A stretch of 32,865 nt of DNA from Deltaproteobacteria bacterium. GTDB taxonomy: Bacteria; Desulfobacterota; Deferrimicrobia; Deferrimicrobiales; Deferrimicrobiaceae. The notes beneath the pieces were generated by a model, which was not told the DNA's origin, ran no database searches, and saw only the letters and a program-made list of their open reading frames with translations. Both the position numbers and the translations under genes were made by a program. The DNA lies in contig JAGGAJ010000003.1 in NCBI GenBank assembly GCA_017889845.1, positions 1 to 32,865 of the forward strand, in the 5' to 3' direction. Below, piece after piece: positions 17,437-25,536 of the stretch. Within the stretch, counting starts at the first letter, position 1. Each line of letters starts with the position of its first letter.

Positions 17437-17874
17437 CCTGCGGTGGATGGAGCGCAGGCTCTCCCGGGTCTCCGCGTCGGACACCGAGGCGAGCCCGTCC
17501 GGGTCCGGTCCCGGCGGCAGGGGCTCGATCGCTTCCGGCTCCGGCGGGCGGCCTTCCGGATCCGCAATTTCCGCCGGCCCCACCACGAATCGCAGGTCGG
17601 TCACCGGGGACTCCGGCCCCAGGACGCGGCGGATATTCGATAGCAACGCGGGGGCGGTCATCCGCAGCTCTTGGGCCCAGGAGTGGTTCCGGACGGCGAG
17701 GGTCAGGATCCCGTTCCGGAACTTCAGGGGAAGCGCACTCGCGGCGAGCAGCGGGCCGGCGATCTCCGGCCACGCCCTGTGCAGGCCGACGAGGAGGGAA
17801 ACCTGGGGGATCCCGATGGCCTCGAGGAACCGCTCGAGGTCCGCGGAAAGGGGGATCGGTCCTTCCCGGCTCAC
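17416..17874 (-). CDS. dciA: DUF721 / DciA family replicative helicase loader
   Basis: W.EIAG..LAA...P.....GIL...V....WAQEL.......L..I......V.DLRF pattern and a disordered C-tail. GTG start overlaps the upstream stop (GTGA). Confidence 0.8.
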   Translation of the reverse strand: MSREGPIPLSADLERFLEAIGIPQVSLLVGLHRAWPEIAGPLLAASALPLKFRNGILTLAVRNHSWAQELRMTAPALLSNIRRVLGPESPVTDLRFVVGPAEIADPEGRPPEPEAIEPLPPGPDPDGLASVSDAETRESLRSIHRRSRPPAE

Positions 17875-18152
17875 GACCGGGCCTGCCGGCCGCGGCGGAC
17901 CCGTCCGCCGGCGACCTGCCCCAGGAGGGCACAGGCGACGAACGCCGGAATCGCCCATGCGCTGACGTGGTGGGCCAGCCGCAGATACGCAATCAGCGGG
18001 ATGGAAAGGTGCACGCACACGAACCATCCCAGGGAATACCTGCGGAATCCCTCCCGGGCGTACCCCAAGGGGAGGTTCAGGACGATCGCGGCGGCGCCGA
18101 TCATCAGGACGACGTCCCAATGCGCCTGCTGGAAGCCGGCGGAAACGCTCAT
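17871..18152 (-). CDS. Small conserved-looking hypothetical membrane protein (93 aa)
   Basis: Three hydrophobic segments with NLPLGY.R....YS..WF..VHLSIP; translationally coupled to dciA. Start placed at ATG 18152 (alternative 18161). Confidence 0.75.
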   Translation of the reverse strand: MSVSAGFQQAHWDVVLMIGAAAIVLNLPLGYAREGFRRYSLGWFVCVHLSIPLIAYLRLAHHVSAWAIPAFVACALLGQVAGGRVRRGRQARS

Positions 18153-18158
18153 CCTCTC

Positions 18159-18168
18159 CATTATAATG
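18159..18168. promoter_or_regulatory. Palindromic CATTATAATG giving a TATAAT -10 box on both strands
   Basis: TATAAT at 18162-18167 (+) and 18160-18165 (-), in the short gap between divergent genes. Confidence 0.55.
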
Positions 18169-18214
18169 TTTCCCGGACGCTTTCCCATGCGGGCGTCCTG
18201 TCCCAGGAGGCAGT

Positions 18215-18481
18215 TTGTCGCGCGTCCCGTCCCCCGTGATGGTCCTGATCTTCCGTGGCACCCACCAGGTCATGTCGGCGGAGAAGCGCCTCAAGGGGGC
18301 TGGGGTGGCCATGCGCCTGATCCCCGTTCCGCGGCACCTGACGTCCGACTGCGGACTGGCCATCCGGATTCCCCTCTCGGAGCGGGAGCGCGCCCGGGCG
18401 GTCCTGTCCGCGTCGCGGCTCCTCCCGGTATCGGCCCACATCCCGCGGGAGGACGAGGGGTACGATCCGGGGGAACTGTGA
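18215..18481 (+). CDS. DUF3343 domain protein (putative Se/S-carrier-associated)
   Basis: F..TH..M.AEK.LK.......LIPVPR.L.SDCGLAI signature. AGGAGG SD before TTG 18215 (alternative start 18239). Confidence 0.82.
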   Translation: MSRVPSPVMVLIFRGTHQVMSAEKRLKGAGVAMRLIPVPRHLTSDCGLAIRIPLSERERARAVLSASRLLPVSAHIPREDEGYDPGEL

Positions 18482-18593
18482 CGGGAGTCGCGGAATTTTC
18501 CGCGCGATCGATGTGAAATCCGCTTCCCGTTTGACCGATGAGACAGGTTGGGGGGGGGAGTTTCCCCGGTGTGAGCGGGCGAATCGTTAACCC

Positions 18594-18622
18594 TTGACGG
18601 TGGTGAAATTGGTAAGTATAAT
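18594..18622 (+). promoter_or_regulatory. Near-consensus sigma70 promoter of mltD
   Basis: TTGACG-N17-TATAAT in an AT-rich patch, 31 nt before GTG 18654. Confidence 0.85.
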
Positions 18623-18653
18623 AGCAAGTTATACTGCTTTTACCGGAGGGATA

Positions 18654-20588
18654 GTGGAAAGGCGGGTCGCCGTGGCCGCCCTTGCGGGGGTTCTGCTGTG
18701 CGCGCTGGGGCTTGTTTTCCCGGGTGGCGTGCCTGCAGCGGATGCTCCTCCTGCCGCGACGGCGGGTGAGGGGAAGGCGATCCCGGCAGAAGTCCGGCCC
18801 GAGTCGCCCGCCCCGCCCGTTCCCTTCCCGTCCCCGGCGGATAACGCCCTGACCAGGGATCCGGCATCCCCGGCGGATAACGCCCTGGCCCGGGATCCGG
18901 CATCCCCCGGGAATCCCGCCGAAGGCACTGCGCCCCGGATGCCTCCCGCCCCCGCCGCGGTGCCGTCCCGCCTGCCGGTCGAACCTCCCGTCTCCCTTGT
19001 CGCCCCCCCGTCCGAGAAGGCCCCGGACCGGGTCCTCGCACCCGGGGAGGTGGACCTCCAGGTGAACCGGAACCTGGGGGAGGATGCGGGGGGCGAGGGT
19101 ATGATACAGGACGACTTCTTTGCCAACGCCTCGGTGGAGGTAGAGAAGGGGAAGGGGGGGATGTTCGCCGACCTCGCAAACCCGATCGACAAGTTCATCC
19201 GCTACTTCCAGACACGGGGGCGGAGCAGGTTCGAACTGTACCTCTCCCGCTCCGGGAAGTACACCGAGATGATGCGGGAGATCCTCGCGAAGTACGGTCT
19301 GCCCGAGGACCTCGTCTATCTCGCCCTCATCGAGAGCGGTTTCTCCCCGAAGGCATACTCCGTCGCGAGGGCCGCCGGCCCCTGGCAGTTCATCGCGGCG
19401 ACCGGGCGGCGCTACGGCCTGCGGATCGACTGGTGGGCCGACGAGCGGCGGGACGCGGAGAAGTCCACTCACGCCGCCGCGTCGTACCTCAGGGATCTCT
19501 ACGGCATGTTCGAGTCGTGGCCCCTCGCCGCTGCGGCGTACAACGCCGGGGAGGGTAAGATCACCCGGGCGGTTTCCCGGTACAAGTCCGACGATTACGC
19601 GGAACTCATCCGCCACCGGTACCTCAAGCAGGAGACGAAGGATTACGTCCCCAAGATGCTCGCAGCCCTGGCCATCGCCAAGGAACCGGAGAAGTACGGC
19701 TTCGTGGACGTCCGGTACGAGTCCCCCCTGGACCTGCGCACGGCGGAGGTGCCGGGCGGGACGGACCTCGCCGTGGTGGCGGAGATCCTCGAGGTGCCCT
19801 ACGAAACCCTGCGGGACTGGAACCCGGAACTGCGCCGGTTCTGCACCCCTCCCAACCGGGACCGGTACGAATTGCGCCTCTCCGACGACGCGGCCCGCCT
19901 CGCGGAGGAACGGATGGAGGAGATCCGGACCCGGGCGAAGATCACCTTCCTGCAGCACAACGTACGGAAGGGCGAGACGCTCCAGGGGCTCGCGGGGAAA
20001 TACGGAACCTCCGCCGCGGTGCTGAAGGAGCTGAACGGCCTGAAACGGGACTCCCTCTCCCGAACTTCCCGGCTCGTCATCCCGGTGACCGGCCTCTCCG
20101 TGGAGGAGACGGCGCCGGGAAAGGAGATCTCCCCCGACCAGCTGACGATGGCCCACATGCAGGTCGAGGAGAGAGGGCGGAAGAGCAGGGGGAAGCAGAG
20201 GCGTGGCCCGGAATCCGGCGGGTCGGTCACGGTCCGGAAGGGGGACACCCTGGGGCGTCTCGCGAAGGCCCACGGGATCTCCGCGAAGGCGCTTGCCCGC
20301 GCGAACGACCTTTCTCCCGGGGCGAAACTCAAGGCGGGCACGCAGCTGGTCCTGCCAGGCGGGGAAGCGTCGAGGTCCCCCGCCGCCGCGAAGAGGGGAA
20401 CAGCCGCCGCGGCCGCGCCGGTCGGCGGCAAGCGGACGGCGCGCTACAAGGTGCACGAGGGGGACACGTTGGAGCGGATCGCACGGGTCTACGGCGTGAC
20501 CCCCCAGCGGCTTGCGGAACGGAACCGGCTGAAGCCGGGGGACCCCCTCCGCCTGGGGACCGTCCTCGTCATCCCGCTGGAGTCATGA
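18654..20588 (+). CDS. mltD: MltD-like lytic murein transglycosylase with LysM repeats
   Basis: Signal peptide, Pro/Ala-rich linker, SLT motifs LALIESGF, AAGPWQF, AAAYNAGEG, ETKDYVPK, and three clear LysM domains (VRKGETL, VRKGDTL, VHEGDTL). Confidence 0.92.
   Translation: MERRVAVAALAGVLLCALGLVFPGGVPAADAPPAATAGEGKAIPAEVRPESPAPPVPFPSPADNALTRDPASPADNALARDPASPGNPAEGTAPRMPPAPAAVPSRLPVEPPVSLVAPPSEKAPDRVLAPGEVDLQVNRNLGEDAGGEGMIQDDFFANASVEVEKGKGGMFADLANPIDKFIRYFQTRGRSRFELYLSRSGKYTEMMREILAKYGLPEDLVYLALIESGFSPKAYSVARAAGPWQFIAATGRRYGLRIDWWADERRDAEKSTHAAASYLRDLYGMFESWPLAAAAYNAGEGKITRAVSRYKSDDYAELIRHRYLKQETKDYVPKMLAALAIAKEPEKYGFVDVRYESPLDLRTAEVPGGTDLAVVAEILEVPYETLRDWNPELRRFCTPPNRDRYELRLSDDAARLAEERMEEIRTRAKITFLQHNVRKGETLQGLAGKYGTSAAVLKELNGLKRDSLSRTSRLVIPVTGLSVEETAPGKEISPDQLTMAHMQVEERGRKSRGKQRRGPESGGSVTVRKGDTLGRLAKAHGISAKALARANDLSPGAKLKAGTQLVLPGGEASRSPAAAKRGTAAAAAPVGGKRTARYKVHEGDTLERIARVYGVTPQRLAERNRLKPGDPLRLGTVLVIPLES
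18831..18907 (+). repeat. 36-bp tandem repeat (2 copies plus partial) in the mltD linker
   Basis: tccccggcggataacgccctgaccagggatccggca / tccccggcggataacgccctggcccgggatccggca, encoding SPADNAL(T/A)RDPA twice. Confidence 0.9.
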
Positions 20589-20601
20589 CCTGAAGGGCCG
20601 C

Positions 20602-21750
20602 CTGCCGCACGCATACCTCGACAACGCCGCCACTTCCCTGCCCAAGCCCCCGGGTGTCGCGGAGGCCGTCGCCGCGGCGATCCGCCGCGCCGGAAACCCC
20701 GGACGGTCGGGGCACATCCTCTCCATCCGTTCGGCCCGCGACCTGTTCATCGCGCGGGAACGCCTCGCGGAACTCTTCGGCGCCGGAGACAGTTCCCGAT
20801 TCGTCTTCACCGGGAACGCCACCGCCGCCCTGAACCAGGGGATCAAGGGGATCCTTCGCCCCGGAGACCACGTGGTGACCACGTCGGTGGAGCACAACTC
20901 CGTCATGCGCCCGCTGCGGCGGATGGAGGAGTCGGGCGTGCGGATCACGGTGGTGCCGGCGGGCACCGACGGCGCGGTGGATGCGCGCGCGGTGGTCGCC
21001 GCCTTCCGGGAGGAGACCCGCATGGTCGTCCTGGTGCACGCATCGAACGTGTCCGGGGCGATCCAGCCGGTCGGGGCGGTCATCGCCGCCGCGAGGGCGC
21101 GTGGCGTGCTCACGCTGGTGGATGCCGCGCAGACGGCGGGGGCGGTGCCGATCGACCTGGCCTCCCTTCCCGTCGACCTGCTCGCCGCCTCCGGGCACAA
21201 GGGGCTCCTCGGCCCACAGGGAACCGGGTTCCTCTATGTGCGGGACGGGGTCGACGTCGTCCCTCTGGTCGAGGGAGGAACCGGCAGCCGCTCCGAGTCG
21301 GACCACCAGCCGGATTTCTACCCGGATGCCCTCGAGTCGGGGACGCAGAACAGCGTGGGAGTCGCGGGGCTCGCCGTCTCCCTCGCCTGGATCCTCCGGA
21401 AGGGAGTCGAGGCGATCCGCCGCAGGGAGATCGCATTCGTGGAGGAGCTCCTGGCGGGTCTGTCGAGGATCCCGGGGGTGAGCGTCTTCGGGCCGCAGGA
21501 CCCATCGCGGAGAGTTTCCGTGGTGTCGTTCCTCGTGGACGGGTTGGACCCTGCGGAAGTGGGACGCCGTCTGGAGCGGGAGCACGGCGTGCTCGTCCGC
21601 GCGGGGTTGCACTGCTCGCCGAACGGCCACCGGACCCTGGGCACGTTCCCCGCGGGCACCGTCCGCGTGAGTCCCGGCCCCTTCACGACGCGCGGGGAGG
21701 TCGCGCGCTTCCTGGCGGGGGTCCGGAAGATCCGCCGCGTTACCGGCTGA
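20602..21750 (+). CDS. Class V aminotransferase, cysteine desulfurase / selenocysteine lyase-like; start codon non-canonical or frameshifted
   Basis: In-frame YLDNAATS.PKP, NPGRSGH, FT.NAT.ALN, EHNSV, DAAQTAG, SGHKGLLGPQG, RAGLHCSP. No ATG/GTG/TTG before the conserved N-terminus; CTG at 20602 or 20590 are candidates. Confidence 0.88.
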   Translation: MPHAYLDNAATSLPKPPGVAEAVAAAIRRAGNPGRSGHILSIRSARDLFIARERLAELFGAGDSSRFVFTGNATAALNQGIKGILRPGDHVVTTSVEHNSVMRPLRRMEESGVRITVVPAGTDGAVDARAVVAAFREETRMVVLVHASNVSGAIQPVGAVIAAARARGVLTLVDAAQTAGAVPIDLASLPVDLLAASGHKGLLGPQGTGFLYVRDGVDVVPLVEGGTGSRSESDHQPDFYPDALESGTQNSVGVAGLAVSLAWILRKGVEAIRRREIAFVEELLAGLSRIPGVSVFGPQDPSRRVSVVSFLVDGLDPAEVGRRLEREHGVLVRAGLHCSPNGHRTLGTFPAGTVRVSPGPFTTRGEVARFLAGVRKIRRVTG

Positions 21751-22207
21751 CGCCCCGCGCCCGGGAGAGGATCGTACTGGTCGAGCGGCCCGGGAGGAAC
21801 CGGATCGTCTTCACGTCCCCCCCGTGCGCCCGCACCACATCCGCCCCCACGATCTGCTTCCCCTTCCAGTCCCCCCCCTTGACCAGCACGTGGGGGAGCA
21901 CCTCCCGGATCAGCCGCGCCGGCGTGTCTTCCGGGAAGACCGCCACGTAGGATACGCAGGAGAGCGAGGCCAGGAGGTAGGCCCGGTCCGCCGCTTTCTG
22001 CACGGGGCGTCCCTCCCCCTTGAGCCGCCGCACGGAGAGGTCGCCGTTCAGGCCTACGAAGAGGACGTCCCCGAGGGCGGCGGCGCGGCGCAGGTACTGC
22101 GCGTGCCCCGCGTGGAGGATGTCGAAGCAGCCGTTCGTGAAGACGATGCGCTTCCCCTCCCGGCGCAGCCGGGCGCAGAGGGCCCGCACCGCCCGGCGCG
22201 GGATCAC
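21740..22207 (-). CDS. rfaE2: D-glycero-beta-D-manno-heptose 1-phosphate adenylyltransferase
   Basis: VFTNGCFDILHAGH, VGLN.D.SVRRLKG.GRP, VKGGDW, GRSTS; GTGA overlap with the upstream nitrilase. Confidence 0.93.
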   Translation of the reverse strand: MIPRRAVRALCARLRREGKRIVFTNGCFDILHAGHAQYLRRAAALGDVLFVGLNGDLSVRRLKGEGRPVQKAADRAYLLASLSCVSYVAVFPEDTPARLIREVLPHVLVKGGDWKGKQIVGADVVRAHGGDVKTIRFLPGRSTSTILSRARGVSR

Positions 22208-23010
22208 CCGGGCCGCCGGGTTTTCCGGTACGCCCGTTCGTTCCTGTCCGCGAGGCACGGGATCCTCCTTCGGGTCTCCTCGACCGCCGCCGGGTCGATC
22301 GTCGCCAGCGCCATCCCCTCCCCATCTCCGGCGAAGGCCAGCCGTTCGCCGACGGGGGACCAGATGCCAGACCCGCCCGCGTAATGGAACGGCCCGGACG
22401 GCCCCGTCGCGTTCGACGCCACCACGAACAGCTGGCTCTCCACCGCCCGCGCGGCGGCCAGGATCTCCCAGTGGGCGCTCCGCACGGAGGGCCATTGTGC
22501 CGAGACGCAGAAGAGCGTCGCCCCCTCGAGGAAATATTTCCGCGACAGCTCGGGGAAGCGCAGGTCGTAGCAGATCAGGGGACCGACGATCCCCACGTCG
22601 GTGGGGATGCCGCGCGACGACGTGCCGCGACGGAACCAGCGGTCCTCGCCGGAAGGGGTGAAGAGGTGGGCTTTCCGGTATTCCCCGGTGACGACGCCGG
22701 TGGCGTTGACGACGTACAGCGTGTTGTACACGCCGCGTCCGACGCGCTGGGGGAGCGACCCGGCGACGACCACCTTCCGGGACGCGGCGAACTCCCGGAT
22801 CCCGTGGAGGATCGCCGGAGTGGTGGCGCAAAGCGGGGGAAGATCCGCTTCCGCGAACCCCGTGCTCCACATCTCGGGGAGGACGCACAGCCGCGCGCCT
22901 CTCCCGGCGGCCTCCCGCAGGAGCCGGAAGGCGCGCTCCCGGTTGCCCGGGACGTCTCCGACGTCGACGCGGAACTGCAGCGCGGCGGCGGGGAAAGGGG
23001 TTTTCTGCAT
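22204..23010 (-). CDS. Carbon-nitrogen hydrolase (nitrilase family amidohydrolase)
   Basis: E-K-C triad motifs LPEMW, YRKAHLF, ICYDLRFPEL; also ARAVE.Q.FV. Confidence 0.92.
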   Translation of the reverse strand: MQKTPFPAAALQFRVDVGDVPGNRERAFRLLREAAGRGARLCVLPEMWSTGFAEADLPPLCATTPAILHGIREFAASRKVVVAGSLPQRVGRGVYNTLYVVNATGVVTGEYRKAHLFTPSGEDRWFRRGTSSRGIPTDVGIVGPLICYDLRFPELSRKYFLEGATLFCVSAQWPSVRSAHWEILAAARAVESQLFVVASNATGPSGPFHYAGGSGIWSPVGERLAFAGDGEGMALATIDPAAVEETRRRIPCLADRNERAYRKTRRPG

Positions 23011-23037
23011 CGTGTCTCCACGGAATCGAGGTGGCGG

Positions 23038-23778
23038 TCAGGGGACCGCGCGGGCCACCGTCACGACCACTATAATTCCGCCTCCCGTCCGTTTCAAGGC
23101 GATGGAGCACGCCTCCGCCGTGGCCCCGGTGGTGTAGACGTCGTCGAGGAGGAGGACGCGGGCCGGAACGCGCCGGTCCCGCGGGACCCGGAACGCCCCC
23201 TCCACGTTCTCCCGACGGTGTCCGGCCGGCAGGCCCGCCTGGGGGGCGCGCTCGCAGTCCCGCCGAAGGAGGAGGGGATCGAAGGGCCATCCGGAGCCGC
23301 TGGCGAGCCGGGCCCCGACGAGGGCGGGGAGATTGCATCCCCGCCGGAGATATTTCATGGGGCGTACGGGGACCGGAACCACCGTCGGCGCCGCGCCGTC
23401 CGGGAACAGGTCCCTCCAGGGTCCGCGAAACGCATCCCGGAGACGGTCCGCGACCGGACCCGCCGGGAACGGACGGGCCGCGTATTTCGCCGAAAGGATG
23501 GCGGCCCGCACGACACCCGCGTGGAGGAACAGGGAGCGGGCGGCGTCGAACGGCGGCGGGTTCGCCGCGCAGGCGGCGCAGGGGATCGGGAGATCGGAGG
23601 AGACGGCGGAACAGCCGCCGCACAGCGGACACGGGTTTCCCTCCCACGCCTTCCATCTCCGCACAGCCGCCGCGGAGAGGTCCGGGGAGGGGCGGGGGAG
23701 GAGCTCCCGAAGACACGACAGTTCCGCACCGGACCGGCGGAAAAACGGTACCCACCGGGCCTTCGCGCGGGAGAACAC
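23038..23778 (-). CDS. comF: ComF family protein (zinc ribbon plus phosphoribosyltransferase fold); start uncertain
   Basis: CPLC...CAAC, VPVP, RRG.N, Q.GL....RRENV.GAF, LLLDDVYTTGAT. Confidence 0.85.
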   Translation of the reverse strand: MFSRAKARWVPFFRRSGAELSCLRELLPRPSPDLSAAAVRRWKAWEGNPCPLCGGCSAVSSDLPIPCAACAANPPPFDAARSLFLHAGVVRAAILSAKYAARPFPAGPVADRLRDAFRGPWRDLFPDGAAPTVVPVPVRPMKYLRRGCNLPALVGARLASGSGWPFDPLLLRRDCERAPQAGLPAGHRRENVEGAFRVPRDRRVPARVLLLDDVYTTGATAEACSIALKRTGGGIIVVVTVARAVP

Positions 23779-23818
23779 GCGTCGGCCGGCGCGGCCGGGG
23801 GAAGTACCGCGGGATGGT

Positions 23819-25147
23819 TCAGCGGGGGGTTGCGGAAATGGCGTACTCCCGGCTCCCGTGGTCGATGGCGTAGGTGTTCCATCCCCCGCAGGAGAGGCAC
23901 CGGGCGGTCCACTTGATGGTGGAGGAGCCGCACCGCTGGCAGCGGAACGGGATGAGGTACCGCCGCTTGTATCCGTAGGCGCGCTGGTAGTGCTGGCTGG
24001 CCGATTCATACCGCCCCCTGCGCCGGAAGGCCTCCGCGAGCAGGACGTTCACCGACTCGCGGTCCGGGTCCAGGGTCTCCGCCTTCAACAACTGTTCCAG
24101 CGCCTCGTCGATCATCTCCAGCCGCAGGAAGAACTTCCCCGTGAAGAGGTTCACGTCGTAGTCGGAGGGGAACTCCCGCTGCAGGTGCGAGTAGATCCGG
24201 ATCATCGCCTGCGGCCGCTCCGTCTCCACGCACAGGTCCTCGAGCCGGATGAGGAAGATCGGGTTGCGTGTGGCCCGGAACCCCTGCAGCAGGATCTCGG
24301 TTGCCGCTTCGACGTCCCGGCCCCGAAGGTGTTCGGAGAGGGCCGCGTGGGAGGGGCAGAACGACGGGTCGTCCTTGATCACATCGCGAAGCCGGCGTTC
24401 CGCGTCGTCCGCCTTCCCCTGCGCGAGGCGCACCAGGGCCTTCTCGTACCGCAGCGCCGTGAACAGGGCGTGGTCCGCGGCGGAGGCATCCTTCCCGCGC
24501 AGCTTCATCAGCTTCTTCTGCTCGTTGTAGGCGGAGACCATCTCCCCGCGGGAGAGGTGGATGTCGCGGATCTCCTCCCAGGCGCGCGGGTTCTCCCCTT
24601 CCGTCGACTCGACCGCGGAGAGAACCGAGAGGGCCGCCTCCGGGTCGTTCATCTTCCGGTACAGCCGCGCGAGGCGGAAGTAGGCGGACAGGTCGGACGG
24701 TTCGATCTGCTTGACCCGCGTCAGCGCCTTCACGGCCTCCAGCGGGTTCCCCAGCTCCTCCTGGGCGGCGGCCAGGAGGTCGAGCGCCTCCCGGTCGTCG
24801 GGGTTCACCGACAGGGAGCGGGTGAGTTCCCGCGCGGCCTCCTGGAGCATGCCGCGCTGGACCAGCTCCGCCGCCCGCGCTGCCCGCGCCTTCGCCGCGT
24901 CCCTGCGCTGCTTCTCGCGCCGCTCCCGCCAGGTGCGGGACGCCGACGTCACGTCCTTCACGAGGGTGCCCAGGATGACCATCGCCGCGCCGAGGGAGAA
25001 GGAGAGAATGGCCAGTTCGCTGACCGTCACTTCCACCTGCCGCGTGGCGGAGTAGTAGAACGGGACGTGCTGGCCGTTCAGCAGGGAGATGTACGAGAAG
25101 GCGACGAGGATCACGACGAAGAGCAGGAAGAGGAGGCGGATCGCCAT
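23819..25147 (-). CDS. lapB: LapA-LapB-like fusion: two N-terminal TM helices, TPR repeats and C-terminal rubredoxin-like domain
   Basis: N-terminal TM-N...V-TM (SFSLG) LapA-like segment, TPR-like helices, and FRCQRCG.....W..RCLSCGGWNT, the LapB C-terminal signature. Confidence 0.78.
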   Translation of the reverse strand: MAIRLLFLLFVVILVAFSYISLLNGQHVPFYYSATRQVEVTVSELAILSFSLGAAMVILGTLVKDVTSASRTWRERREKQRRDAAKARAARAAELVQRGMLQEAARELTRSLSVNPDDREALDLLAAAQEELGNPLEAVKALTRVKQIEPSDLSAYFRLARLYRKMNDPEAALSVLSAVESTEGENPRAWEEIRDIHLSRGEMVSAYNEQKKLMKLRGKDASAADHALFTALRYEKALVRLAQGKADDAERRLRDVIKDDPSFCPSHAALSEHLRGRDVEAATEILLQGFRATRNPIFLIRLEDLCVETERPQAMIRIYSHLQREFPSDYDVNLFTGKFFLRLEMIDEALEQLLKAETLDPDRESVNVLLAEAFRRRGRYESASQHYQRAYGYKRRYLIPFRCQRCGSSTIKWTARCLSCGGWNTYAIDHGSREYAISATPR

Positions 25148-25179
25148 GCGCGGAGGACCCTCCCGGGGTTGCGGTAGCC

Positions 25180-25530
25180 TTACCCCTCGGGGACCGGCAC
25201 CTCGGGCGCCGCCCCCCACAGCCGGTCGAAGTTGTAGAACTCCCGGACCGCGGACTGGAACACGTGGACCACGAGGTCGCCGTAATCGAGGAGCGCCCAG
25301 CGCCCGTCGCGGAGCCCCTCGACCCCCAGGGGGCGGATCCCCTCCTCTTTCTTCAACGTCTCCTCGATGTACTGCGCCAGCGCCGTCACCTGGCGGTCCG
25401 AGGTCCCCGAGCAGAGCAGGAAGTAGTCGGCGTAGCCGGCGTGCTCCCGGACGTCGAGGGCCCGGATGTCCTGGCCCTTCTTCTCCTGGGCCAGCTTCGC
25501 GCACCGGAGCAGCGTCTCCCGCGTGGTGAT
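25180..25530 (-). CDS. rsfS: Ribosome silencing factor RsfS (Iojap); start codon non-canonical
   Basis: EKKGQDI.ALDV.....ADYF..CSG.SDRQV.ALA, W.LLDYGDLVVHVF....REFY...RLW. The frame is open from the nadD TAG, with no ATG/GTG/TTG until 25389. Confidence 0.92.
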   Translation of the reverse strand: MTTRETLLRCAKLAQEKKGQDIRALDVREHAGYADYFLLCSGTSDRQVTALAQYIEETLKKEEGIRPLGVEGLRDGRWALLDYGDLVVHVFQSAVREFYNFDRLWGAAPEVPVPEG

Positions 25531-25536
25531 GACCGG

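Noticed and set aside
18831-18907. CRISPR-like 36-bp repeat
   Set aside because: Copies are directly adjacent with no spacers, in frame within mltD, and there are no cas genes.
20585-20593. Selenocysteine read-through of ATG-ACC-TGA
   Set aside because: Read-through stays in a frame that does not encode the aminotransferase.
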